NCBI GenBank assembly: GCA_964057225.1
Contig: OZ059899.1
Span: forward strand, 8,184,001-8,248,000
Direction of reading: 5' to 3'
DNA length: 64,000 bases
Source of the DNA: Auanema rhodensis
Lineage: Eukaryota; Animalia; Nematoda
Below, in pieces: positions 41,401 through 55,800 of this stretch. Under the pieces are notes generated by a model. It was not told the origin of the DNA. It ran no database searches and saw only the letters and a list, made by a program, of their open reading frames with translations. A program made the translations under genes and the position numbers. Each line of letters begins with the position of its first letter. Positions within the stretch are counted from its first letter, which is position 1.

Positions 41401-44400
41401 GATTGAGGAAAAGTCGAACAACACACGGTGCTGTATTATCGCTTGTGCCATCGGATCCAGGATTTCATCAGGTATGAAATTGTTTTATATCATGATTATA
41501 CTAATTTCAAACTTTGATATCATATTCTCTAACCAATTTTTTTACTTTTTTTTTCTCATTTCTTTAACAGAATTGAACTAGGTATGTTGTACTTCAATTT
41601 GTCTTATTGAATGGTCGTTCACTCATGATAACCTTGGCGATAATGAACGATTCAAACTGCCACCTCAAAACTTTTTCTTGGAAGAAAGCGTATTTCATCC
41701 AAGTTTGCATAAAATAATTTCATTATTACGATAATGTCATTCTTTTATATATGATGTGTTAATTCTTGATAAAATATCATCATAGATATCCATCTTTTCG
41801 TTATCTTTTTTTTTTAAATTGTTGAAAGAAAAAGAAAATAATGCAATTGTTCTACGTTAGCGACAAAAATGTAGTTTTCGATCATGCTGTCGGATATTCC
41901 GCATTGCTTGTTGATGGATCGTAAATTTAAAATTTTTTTCAACTGAAAAAGGAAATAAGAAAAATTTTTATGATTCCGGAATATATTGTTTTTTTAATAT
42001 TAGAGATAGCTTTCTTATATTTGTTCTCACTTGTTTCTGGGGGGTTTGCGCCATCTAAAGACTCTTTGACTTCAGTTTAAGGCGAAGATAGTCCACATAT
42101 AAGGTAACCTTGACTTGCCTTCTCTTATTTATTGCCTCTCGAAACGTAACATCAGCATTCACAGTCTCAAATCTCTCTTCATCTCATATTCTCTATGATA
42201 TTCTTATAAAGTCCCCTCTCTCCCTCCCCCCTTTCTCTCTCTGTTTCTCTCTGTTTCTCTCTCTCTCCCTCTCTCTCTCTTTCAATCTCTCTCTACATAC
42301 AATATCGTTCACTCCATAGCTATTTATAATTACTTTTATCTACTCCTTTTATATATGTTTACATATTGTTCAAACTAGCAAAAAACATGCGCTGACGAGA
42401 CAAATTCCTCTGGAACATATGTAAAGACGCATAATTCACTTTATTATTTTATCTATTAGAATCAATGTATTTTCAAAATAAGAAAGAACTAAGATAGGTG
42501 AAACTGTATATATGTACATCCACACCATATTACTAGCGTGTTGTCGATGATGATGATGATGCTTACGATGCATGGCTGCTGACTACCTTGACCTCATAGG
42601 TCTCTATGTCTTTGTATATGAAGATGTAGAACTATTGTGTAACGTTAAAGAGAAGAAGCTCTTACAGTTCTAATAATTCTTTTTTAAATTTTTTTTCAAG
42701 CGAAATTTCTAATTTGAATAATAATTCTATAATTTTCGATTAAATATCAACTTAATTATAAAGAAATATATACAAGAATCAATTCTTTTTGAGCTTTTCC
42801 TTTAAATGTTTCATCTTATTATCATTGAAATCTGACGATTTGAAAATTATAAATGTAAAGAAAAACAAAATAAAAGTCTTATTGAAGAATTTGATCTTAG
42901 ATAGTATTCAATAACATTTATTTTGTATCATATACTTGTTATTGCTCCCATCACGCGGTCAAATTTTCATTTTTTTTGCAAAAACTTTAATTCTTGTTTT
43001 CTATTTATTCAAGTTCATTCATATAATGGCATGATGAAGTTACTAGTGACCAACTGCAATCAGAAAATTGTTGCTGTGCAATACACTAATTAGACCTTGA
43101 GCGTTAATGCTATCATAAAGCTTAAAGCTGTTCCTATCACCTAAATGATATTAATCAACTTCTAATCATCATTTAACTGTAAAAGTGAAACAGAAGTTTG
43201 AAGAATTTAGATTTTGTCCAAGTATATTCTCTTAATTTATCGTTTCATTTCTTATCTTTCTAACCGATAATTCCGTAAATTCTTAAATTCATTTCTTTTC
43301 TAATCGTGTCCGTTTGATAGCCCGAGGCATTGATACATATACGTAAATACTTATGTATCACGTTTAATATGATATGGAATGAAGTCCGCTGAACAATATT
43401 CAAAGTTGGATGGTAGCCAAGGTCTTTCATGGGTGTGAACGGTTGGCTATATGTCGACCGCCCAGAATGGGGGCATCTGACATCCTTCTATTCCGTTTCA
43501 TGCATAGTATCCTTTTTGAGTGTCGGAGGACAAGACAAAAAATTTGCTAATCCAAGCATTATCGTTTGATTCGATTGCAAGAGAAATAAGTCAAAATGGA
43601 GTCAGAAGTTATTCATAATGCTGACATCCATACATACATCTTGTATACAATTCGGTTCATAAAGTAGTTGAATTGAAAGAAAAAGTTTTATAGAAAAACA
43701 TCCAATTTACACTACTTCATGAAATATCTATATTCATGTATGTACATATACATATACATTCATATTGTTATTTGGTTACATTAACAAAATAATTTTTAAA
43801 AAAATAAGAAGAAAATGTTTGAAAGCTAATCAATCATTCAGTCAACGATTATACTATTAGGGAAGTTTTTTTCTAAACTTTCATGTATTGCTATAGTCTA
43901 TGTTTGTCTTCTGCTTGTTTCTGTCTGTATTCTACAACAAGCTTCAACTAGTTCTACCAACTTATATTTACTACATCGTTGTTTTTTTTTTCATCTAACT
44001 AATCCTAACATTATTTTCTGAAAATTACTCTACGTTTTGTATCTTTCCAAGTTTTAAAGAAATTTTTATTCTTGTTATGTAAACATTCCTGACCGGAAGT
44101 TGATTCAACCAAAATAAAGTCCAAAAAAAAGTGATAAATTGCTGTTCATCCAAGCTTGACAGAAATATCGAAGAATTTATTTTTTCGATAGGTTTTCGAC
44201 ATTCAAAACTAGACCTGCCACTTAATATAGTCTAATGTCCTTTAGTTAATAATATCCTCATGTTTCTCTTTAAGTTGTTCGGTTTTTCGTTTTCTTTCAA
44301 CCTTTAATGTTTCGTCTGACTGGCAATGTTTCATCGATTGAGAAGTGTTGAATCTTTCGTTTTAATGGAGAGAGACTTCAATGCAATAACACTATTAAAT

Positions 44401-47400
44401 TTGACTGAATAATAGTAAATTTGTATTAAATATTCTAAACAATTCAACCTCATCTTTTAAACTATTAATAATGTATATATTTATGTTTTAATCAGAAATA
44501 TAATATAACGAGTATATAGGGGGGTGGAGGTGGGTGGGGAGTCGATCTCATTTTGAGAGAACTATTGGTTTGATATCTTGAATCGAAGTTTTGTGTTCGA
44601 TACGGTTTGATGCAAAGCAAGGCTGGCACTTCGCCTATTTCCTTTGGTAATTTTACCTAATGATTGACTCGTTATATCTTGCATTCTTTTCTCTCTCAAA
44701 AAAGTTTTTTAAACATTTTTTTTCTATTTTTTATATAATTTTTAAAATTTTCAGGTTCGCATTTTTTGCCAGGGTACTGAGTTACCCTCATCGCCTATCT
44801 CCTTACGTGTGCTGAGCACTGAAGACAGTCGTGCGGCATCGCGTAACACTGCACGTGCGACATCGTCTGCTTCTGTTCCTCCACACCCAGCAGATTATCG
44901 TTCCACATCAGGTGACGGAGTATTAGACGAATCTGTTGTTGCTCCTACTCAATCAGTATCGTATCCCCCCTCACATCGTCCAAACCATCAGCAACATTCC
45001 GTTGGTGATAACGACGATAGACGACATATTAGTTCATTATCTACTGCTGTTCGAAAAACAGAAAAAGCCTCAATATCTGTTGAACGTTCTTATTCTGAAG
45101 CTTCGGACATTGATATTTCACATAAATCGTTCGCACAGCGTCGTCTACATATCATTAAACAATTAGAAGCTCAAAATCACCCAGTATGTTATAATATAAT
45201 TATTTATTTCTTTATAATAGATTGTGAATGAAATTTTAATATCTTGATTATAGCTAAGAGAACAACCACGTGAACCAACAACACAACAATCATCTTTTAA
45301 ATCATATTCTACGAAAGTAATTATATATCTTTGATAATATTTATAAGTATATATTCTAGGTACCTGTTACCTTAGAAGCATCAGCACATCACGAAATGTC
45401 GTTAACAGGCCCTTCGGATAGCACTCATCATTCAAGACCTTCTGATGTTGGTCTTGTTAGTTTTTCTGGATTAACAGAGCCTTGTTCTGTTGGATCTATA
45501 GTTGAAGTTGTGGTATGCTTCATGTAATATACGAGAAATAACCAACGCATTTAGATAAATGCTCACGGTGAAACTGCCACAACAGGTTCAGTCTATGTTG
45601 ATGCGGTTGCTCCTTCAGGACGTGTGATCAACTGTGATGTAATTCATCGTCAGAATTGCTTCATGGCAACATTCACACCTACAGAAGTTGGTATGTTGAT
45701 TTGCGATATATTTCATTTTTAATCTTATTATCAATTAACAAATACTAGTTTTCCAACTACGTAATCTAATTCTTAATTTGATATTCATTTAATATTCTAT
45801 TTCTTGTTTATTCACTGAAAATCATTAGCTATATACTTCTGATTTAACTATATACATATATACATATGTATATATGTATTTATACAGTAATATAATTATT
45901 TGAATAGTTTGAACAATTTTATTTTACCTCCAGTTAGATAATTAATCTATGAAATGAACATTATTATAAAATATTAAGAGTGAGAGAGATTGAGAGAGAG
46001 AGCGAGAGAGAGAGAGAGATTGAGAGAGAGCGAGAGAGAGAGAGAGAGAGAAGTTGGGAGGGGAGGGGGGAGGAAGGAAGGGAGGGAAAAGAAAGAGATA
46101 CGAGATAGACAGTAATCTATAGTGATCGTAACTAATGATCCTGATTATATGAGATTCATATACCTCTCCACGTATTTTCTCTTTAGTCTTCGTTTTCTCC
46201 TTTCTTAATCTCTCCTTCTACTTTACTTCTTACTCTGTTCATCTTTTCCTTGTTTGGGTTTGTTATCGATTTGCTGATGATTCTTGAGTCTCGCAAGATG
46301 ACGACAGAACGACAGCGCGTCTGTGTGCGTGGTCTTGCGGTTGTTGTATATCGTCGGCCTTTGACCTTCAAGAAGGAGTGAATCCGACCACCCGCTACAT
46401 TCGTTCTTGTGGATTTCTCAGTAACTCTTTCTATCTCTACTCACCTTTCTTCCTTTCGCTCTCATGGTTTTGCGTTACCTGAACCAGATTGCCCTCCCTT
46501 TCCATCTTTCTATCTCTCCGTCTTTTCTTGATATCTTTCTGTTGTCGTTATTACCGTTAGCCTTGTTTTGTGTGTCTCTCCTGAACCGCCTGACAAGACC
46601 GTGACTACTATGTATCAAGACGTTCTTCCTCATTGTATATCTGCATCAATTTTTCTCTTTTGCGCTCTTCTAGATCTTAGAAACACAATAGATTATGAGA
46701 TAGAAAGAGACATAGGAACAGCGATTCCATGATATATATGGATACCACACCCATTATACCTATCTTCTCTTTACCTTTAGCCTCTCTCTCTCTCTTTCCT
46801 TACTGTTATCTCTCTCAAATTCCTACCCCTCAGATCTCATCCCAACTCTTCATCTTCATATACATGGATCCCCCATTTGCTCAATATTACAACAAATAGA
46901 AATTCTCATTGATTATTGATGATTAATTAACTTACTCACTAACTATATCTATTAATTATATTTCTTAATTTTATTTTTGTTATTTAGGCCTTTGGCGTAT
47001 TGGTATTTTATACGAAGGAGATCACATCCGTGGTAGTCCTTTTGCTTGTCAGGTTAGAGACTTTTTGAAAAATTTATTTTTTATTTGTTTCTATTTACAA
47101 CTTAACTTAATTTTATTAGTACATTATCCATTAAAGTTCACTTTTTCAGGTTTTCGACGCTAATCTTGTTAACGTTTACGGATTAGACGTTGGACTTGTA
47201 GGGCAAGAGTTACGATTCACAGCTGACGCCAGCCAGGCCGGAAGTGGTCAACTTAAGGTTAGTTCTTAAACTATTTTCATCTTTCAATATGAATATTCAA
47301 GTTCTTTTCTATATCTTCATTCTATTCTTATTTCCTTTTCTCTTTATTCATTTGATTATTCTATATTTCAATATTCATTTTTCTTTTTAATTTTTCATTC

Positions 47401-47967
47401 ACTTTCTAATTTATTTTTATTTTGTGTGTTTTTGGAAGTTTTTTATTTAAACGTATTGTTTCATTATGGTTATCGTCATATGTCAAATACTATTTCATGT
47501 ATTGTCTATAACCCACTATGGGCGTGAATTGCATTTGAATGACGACGACAGACGACATTTTTCAACACAAGACATCTTACATCATCAACCACTCCCATTA
47601 TCAGCTGCCTATTAATGTAAAAAAGGCTTTGAAACCTAAATTTTGCGCTTTTATAAAATATATTTATTTGTTTTCTACCATAATTCTTACAATTAGAATA
47701 TTAAAAAGCGATTTACTGTTATTATCTTCCTTACTATCTCATACTTGACTTGGCTATTTGCTAGGCTTTCTTCAGAGTATTTTGTTTAAAACGGTTGATT
47801 TCAACTTTTTCTCAATAATAAACATAAAAAATGGTTTATGCCAAAAATTTGTTGCAAATGCAGCTGTAAATGGTTTGGCTTTCAATCGTTGTTGTCCATT
47901 TGAATGTTCCTGTGCGCAACCATCGTCTTATTTTTATCTTTCTCAATAGTCTCTAGTTATGTCTCTA

Positions 47968-48023
<56 letters not shown>

Positions 48024-49826
48024 CATCTTCGCTTTCTTTGCTTTCTCTTAAACAATATCTATGTCTTCATACAACTATCTTTCTAAACAGTTTCCCCATT
48101 TCTCCGTATTTCTCTCTCTCTCTCCCTCCTTCTATCATGATCATCAATTTCGCGAAACTTCTTTCTATAATTGTAATTATCAATTGATAGAACAATATGT
48201 TTTCCTTATATAATCTATTAAAACAAATTTTATTTATTTAAAATTTTTCTATCATATTTTGAAATTTACACATATTTGCCATCTATGTTTAAGTTTAAGC
48301 TTTTTGAAAGATTCATCATTGTTATTTCTTCAGCTTGAGATTAATATCCATAAATTTGATGATTTTTGTGGAAAATTGAGAAACTAAAAGTTATTCTCGT
48401 ATTGTGTCGTTTTTCAATATTGTCATTCGGTGCATGTTTTTTGTTTCAAATTTTCGTTCATTTGCTGCAACTACTTGATGAGATACTTCATATCTTCACA
48501 AATAATAGTGTTTGTCTCTCATTGATAACTATTTCAAAAGATAAAAATCTGAGAAGAGAAGAAGAAGAAGAAGAAAATTATTTTATTTTTGTCCTTTTCT
48601 TCTTCTATTAACTTTTTCCAATAAAATTATTGTATTCTATTGACTGTGTAATCAGTAATTATCACCATTTAGGTATCAGTTTTCCGTCACGGACGTGAAA
48701 TTGAAAGTTCTGTCGAGGAACAAGGCAATTCACGAATATATAGAATAAATTTTATACCGGACGGAGCTGGACAATATAAGATTCACGTCATATTTAACCG
48801 AATGGAGGCTAAAGGTCTTTTTCTCTAATTCTATGTTATGTTATAATCATAATATGAACTTTAGGTTCGCCATTCATATTGGATATAGCTGATGCTTCAT
48901 CTGTCAGTGTCTATGGAGAAAATCTCCGTATGGCATCTGTAGGAAATGAAGCAACATTCATGATACATGCAGTTGGAGCAGATTGCAAGGATATTGGAGT
49001 GTTTATCACAGGTTTTTATATTTCTTATTCATCATATAGTTTTCTGATAACATTAATAACTAAACGTTTATTAAGTCGCGTGCGATTGTGTGTATGTGAG
49101 TGTCAGTCAGTCCCTTGTCCCTTTTTTTTCATTTAATTTATTGTTATTTTGTTTATTAACTTATATTTGTTAATATGTTTAAATGCATTATTTGGTTTGT
49201 ATATTGGGTAGACGGGTTATCTGTTCGCTTTATCATCGTATATTGGATGTCGCATATACACATGTGTCCATGTTTTTTGGTGCTTTCACCAATCACTGTT
49301 TCGTCAAGTCATATGTATGTTTTGTGTTTTTATTGTGTTTTTATTTTATTTAATTTTTTTTATTATGGTTATTTATTCTTTATTAGGACCATCTGGACGA
49401 GTACACAATGCTCGAATTGTTCAATCTGATGATGTTACTTTTCGAGTAATATGGATACCTAAAGATCCTGGTTCGTTTACTATTTTTAAGTTTTCCGAAA
49501 CAAATATCAATTTCGTTAAAATTTTATTTGGGTAAAAGTGGGGATTATACCTTTTATTTGTTTATATGTTATATATTTATTCATTTTTTTTGAAAAGAAA
49601 TAAAGAAAGATAGATTATACTATATTAATTAATATATTAATCATATATATTTTATTCTAGGAGAGCATACAATCGATGTACGATTATTCGATCAAAGTGT
49701 ATATGATTCTCCATATATTTGCAATGTTGGAGCTCCAGAATTAGTCGATGTTCGTGCCATGCCTCGTCGTATTCAAGCTAAAGATTTGTACACTGATCAT
49801 AGTTTTGAAAGTAAGTTTATATTTAA

Positions 49827-49872
<46 letters not shown>

Positions 49873-52800
49873 ATATTAAAAGTATTTTAACTTTTATTTA
49901 TTTGAAACTAATATTTTGAACTGTCAAAGACATACCGTCTTGTTTATAAAATCTAAATATCATGTCTTGATCGGCATCAAACCAATAGATTGTAAAGGCA
50001 AATATCTGCGTTCATTCATGATCACCAGAAAGACAGAAAGAACCAGAAGGTTTCACGCTACTTGGAGAGTTCTCTCACTATTTTTCCTTTTTTCATCTAG
50101 CCTCTCATCTCCACTTGAGTTGTTGTCCTGATGGCATAAAACTTCGTTTTCCGGTCCTAACCCGAAGTTTGCTCCATGATGCCGTTGCAAGAACACCATT
50201 TTGATTTTTAATACAATGCTCTATACTATCTATCTCTAGTTAATTTTTATTGAAAATTCTTTAAGAATTAAAAAAAAACTGTTTGTTCTCATTGTTTGAT
50301 TCCGTGAGTATCTTCTTATGTTTTTCAAACTTTTTTTAATTTCAAACAATAATCATAGCGTTAAGTTTTTTTGATTTTCTTTATATTTTCTTTATAATTA
50401 TCTAAAAATTAAAATATTGATTTTATTTATAAAAATAGTTAATCATATCTTTATATAAAAATATTGTTTCAACAACTATGGCCATCTTAAACTTAAATCA
50501 ATAGTTTTGTTTTACTTAAGTTTGTGTTGAAGTTAGTTTTACTTCTGAATCCACTAAATCAATTTTTTAAACTTTTAACAAATAATATTATATATTTAAA
50601 AAATTATATATATAATAATATAATATTTATGATGTATATGAAACTTTGAAATAGTTTTGTTATTTTATACATAACTATTCATATTTGTGATTCGTTAATA
50701 TGATTCATTTAAATGATGATAAAATATGAATAATCTTTGTATTCAATTAATAATTAAGTTTTGATGTTTCATAAAAGCTTCTTTTCTCATTTTACTTTCA
50801 AAAATTATATTTATAGTTGACGCTTCTTCCGCTGGATCTGGAAATTTGGAGATCATGATCAATGGTGGACGAGTTCCATGCCGGGTTAAAGAAATTGGTA
50901 CACGTCAATATATGGCTATATTCACACCTACACAAGTAATATTGATTTATTTACAATATAATTAAGCTCATTGTATTATAGTCTGTAACACATACAGTTG
51001 AAATGCGATTTAATGGAGAAGAAATAACTGGAAGTCCATGGCGTATTCCTGTAGAAGACAGAGGAGAACGTCGCCAAGATATGGCTAGGTAATTCATTGA
51101 ATATTATAATAAAATTATAATTTTCTTTGTAGAACAATATCATATTATTCTGAATTATCTGGTCCAGGGTTGGTTCGTGCTCCTGTTGGAGGAGCAGCAT
51201 CTTTTGATATTACTGGAGAGGGATTAGAACAAGCTGATATTCAAACTAAAATTTTCGGACCTGATGGTCGCGAATTTCCAGTTACTATCGTTCCAAAAGG
51301 TGCTGGAAAATTCACAGCAGAATATAAAGTTGAACAGGTAAATAAGAATTCGATTATTGATAGAAGATTGATATGTAAATATTATATAATTATATTTAAT
51401 TAGGTTGGAGAACATCAATTAACTGTATGGATTGCTGGACGAAAAGTTGATGGAAGTCCATTATCGGTAGCTGGTTATTCCTCTCAAAAAGTTCGTATTG
51501 AGCCATTAGGTGGTGGAGCTGTAGGCCAACCGGTTCAATTTGTTGGTATGTTGCTTATTTAGTACAACAAACATAATTTTGAAGTAAAGAAACAAGACCA
51601 CAATACATATAATTAAGAATTCAAAGTAATTTTGTATAAGGAAATTAAATAGAAAACAACATATACATATAACTGTTCAAATTCTTCATATATATGTATA
51701 GTATATATAAAGAGAATGAGAGAGATATCTATTGTATTTGGCTTACTTTTGAATAGATATGAGTTCACCACAACATTTCAAACCATTGCAAACTGTTAAA
51801 AAGCAACCGATTTTGTATATTTTGATTATTTATAATCTCCTTCCTCTCCTCTCTCCTTTTTTTCCATCTCAATCTCTTATTCTCTGTATATATATCTTTT
51901 TCTCTCATTTTACCATTCTCTTTCTTTTTTCTCATTCATATTCTCATGTACAACCTCTTTTTCATCATGCCTTTCCCTCCTTCTATTTCTCTCCTTTTCT
52001 CTCTTTTCGCTCATTTTACTCTCTCGAAACAACTTAGGCCCCGCCCAATGTATACTAGGTTGCACGGTTGATCAATGCTACTGTAACGATTGACAAAGCT
52101 AAAGCGACAGAAATTGCTGTCTGCCTGTAAAGCTTTCTCATGGTTCAACCAGGTCAATCGTCAGCACAATCACAGAATCACTCAAATTCTGATGAGCCGA
52201 CGACAACTTCTGCTGTTCAATCAAGCAAATCTAGAGCTTCGTCAGTATCATCTACTCGAACTACCACTGTTACATACCGAACCACTACAGCTACAGCTAA
52301 GCCAGCTGTAGCTGTACCTAGTATATCTAAAGCACCTACTGTGCAATCAATTAAGAATCAAATTAAATATTTTTCTCAACTCTATGTTATTCCTGCAGTT
52401 GATGCCGTCGAAGCCGGAAAAGGACAACTCGAAATTTCTGTCAATCAAGGACGTGTTCCAAACAATGTTCAGATGCAAGGAGCCGGACGGTAAATTTTCT
52501 TTTAATTTTTAATCAAAAAATATGTTTTTCTTTTCTTTAAACATCATTCGGCTAAGGTTTGATGATCGAACTTTAAGACTATGCCTATCGGTTATACCTG
52601 TACCAATGTATTGATTCACTGTACCGTTTCGTTAGGCTCAATTCACTGTACTTCCATGTTCGATCCGGTTTATCGATTTTTTTTCCTAACAACTACTAGA
52701 AATACAATGTAGAATATCATAATAGGCTAAACGGAAACTGGTTATCTTTTCTATAAGGTTTCACATGCCAATGTGTAGCAGTTCAGCTGTTTATGATAGA

Positions 52801-55800
52801 TAATCCTCAAAAAATGGTCGTTTTCTACAATTATTTTTTTTTCTTGACCATATGGGGAAAAACGTTTTTTTTTTCATGAAAATATTTTGAAAATATATGA
52901 AATAGTTAATAAAACTGAAACAAAAAGGTAACTCTCAATATGGAAATGTGAATATTATTTGAAAATACTTATTCATATATTCAATGATTTTTAAAGATTT
53001 TGCCCTATATTTATTGTTTTCTGCACTTATTTATTAGATAAAATTTCTAATTATCGAGATTTTTTTTTCAGATGCTTGGTTACATTCATTCCTCAGAAGG
53101 CTGGAACATATGTGATTGATGTAACATTCAATGGAGAACAGGTTCAAGGTATGTGACACAAAAGTTTTTCTTTTCAATTAGAAAAAAAAAGGTAAATTCA
53201 TTCATAGACAGCTCATTTACATAGCTTTTTCATATAAAGTTACTATAATAACCTGAATAGGGAAAAGTTTACAAAAGACTTGCTGTCATTGTTAATATAA
53301 GTGATGGTGATGATAGAAAAATGATTTGAATGACTCAATTCTGTTGAGATAATATGGGGTTAAAACAAGAAAAGCTTTTTTTAATGCTTTAAAACATGAA
53401 ATGAACTAGAGACATTTTGGTAGTAGACAACTGTTTATGTTGTTTGTTTCTCATTTTTGTTATCTTACTCTCTTCTTAATTCATTGTCTCTTTTGTCGTT
53501 TTTTTCATTTCTTTCTATCTCTTATTCATTTTAATGACACATCTTCTCTATGTCTATTTTCATCGAATAGCCAGGAAAAGGTTATTAAAAACATTTATAG
53601 GCAGAACGATGAAGAAGTGTTGAAGAAAATAGACAAAAGAAGCTTCCTGTCCTCTTACAAGTGGGCTTTAAAATAATTTTATAAGAACCAAGGAAACTTG
53701 CTCCACTTAGAAGTAATGTAAAGGTCTAAATGCAATGACAACGAAAAATTGAGTACAGAAGAGGCAAGCCAATGAAGCATCCAACCATTGCATCGGTCTT
53801 GCTGTTTTAGGATTGTTGAAAACAGCTTTTTGATTGTTTTGCATTAATGTTCTTGAGAATTGGTCTGCTATATGAATCATCACAATATAATTTATTGAAA
53901 AAGTCTCATTTTTCATTTTTTTTTCAACAAAAATTGTTTTGAAACTCAGAAAATACAGCATGATATCATTCAATCGTGACAGTTTTATCTTAAGATTATT
54001 CCTTTAGATTATAGGTACAACATCTTTATACAAGTTTATTGAAATTATATATATCAATTATATTTTTTTATTATTATTTAAGTAATACATTAGAAACATT
54101 CCATAGTCTCTGAAAGAAGAAAAAAAAGTTTTAATTAACAATAGATAGAAACGAATAACTGGAACCAATCATAATGCAATGATTGAGAGATATTTCTGAA
54201 AACTAAAGTATATATCATATAATTAATTGAAAATTTATAAGAAAATATTATTTGTATATAATTAATAAGTTAGGAAAATATTTAATAAAATTATTATAGG
54301 TTGCCCTATTCGAGTAGAAATTTTACCAAAGCAAGTAGGCCAGCAAGTTCAAACTAATCTCACACCAACGGCTGTTTCAACAGCGGTATCAGCAGGTAAT
54401 TCTTTAAAAAATCAACAATATTAAACTTCTTTATTAATTATATAAAATATTATTACAATATTTGTTCCAAATTTTTATATTTGTGGTCAGTTTTACCTTG
54501 AAATATGGTTATGACCATAATAATTCGATTTTCATGAATGTGTAGTCATCATATACTCAATGAGAATGATCCTGAACTAGATTTCGCATGTTTAGTCAAC
54601 GGTGAATTACCATAATCTGATGTCAAACCTCAGTTTTAGAATATATGAAACTATAATTATACTCAAACCTATTCTACCTCCCTTACATAGACCAATATGT
54701 TTAACATAAATATAATACATATTACTATAGTATGAATATTAATTACAATTAAAATTAAAAATATGTATATATGTAATCAATAATTAAATTTGAATTTATA
54801 ATTAAAAAAAAAAACTAAAAAAAAGTTTGAAAGTAGAAATAAAACATTAAAATTCAGATGGCTCGAAATCAATTGCATCACAATTACGGGATAATGTTAC
54901 TGGAACTTCTCCAACTGCTTCATCTATTCTGAGCCATGTAAGACAACATAGCGAAGAGAGAAGAGCAGATGCTCCAAAAAGTACACATATCATGAAGGAT
55001 ATTCGTGGTCGTTCAGAACAACCATGGAAATCTGTAAGTATATGATTAATAAGTAAAAATATACATATAACATAATATAATTAAAATGATAATAATTTTC
55101 TTTTTTTTTTCAGACATTTGCTCCAACATCTCCAACATCATCGAGACTAAGTTCTTCTTTATCTCCTCAACGCGAATGGGCTGGTAGTGCTATTTATGAT
55201 AAAATATATGGAAACACTGCAAGAACACTTTCACCATCTGATCCATCAAGGTATATTTCTTACAAATGTATGTTAATTATATTAAATATGTTGTTAAGAA
55301 CTCGTATTATTTCTGAGACAACAACCACGACAACAACTATTAGAAGAACACCATCTCCAGTTATGCCAGGAGTCAGGTAGGCTTAGTTACAGTTCATTTC
55401 ATTTTTTTCAGTCATTAAAATTATTGAAATCGTATATATACAGATCTCGCGAATTTGCTGAACGTCAAATGAGAACACCATCACCATCTTCGAACCTGAG
55501 TCGCCCATATACTAGTCCATTTACTAATAGAACTACATCAGAACGTGATTATAGGTATTTAACAGAGTAATATAGCTTATTTGAATTTACCGGATATATT
55601 ACAGATCACCCTCACCACTTAGAGACGATATGGGAAGTCGAAGTAATCTTACTTCACCAAACCGAGAAACTACTCCATCTCCTGCATCTGGCCCACGAAT
55701 CAAACGAATAGAACGAATTGATCCAATAGGTGACGAAGAAGAACGTGAAAGAAGACGTCAAATACCATCTGAAGTTGAAAAGGTTGATATTTTAAAATCT

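Noticed and set aside
52188-52215. CTGATGAG hammerhead-like core
   Set aside because: No stem II or GAAA follows, and it lies in a coding frame.
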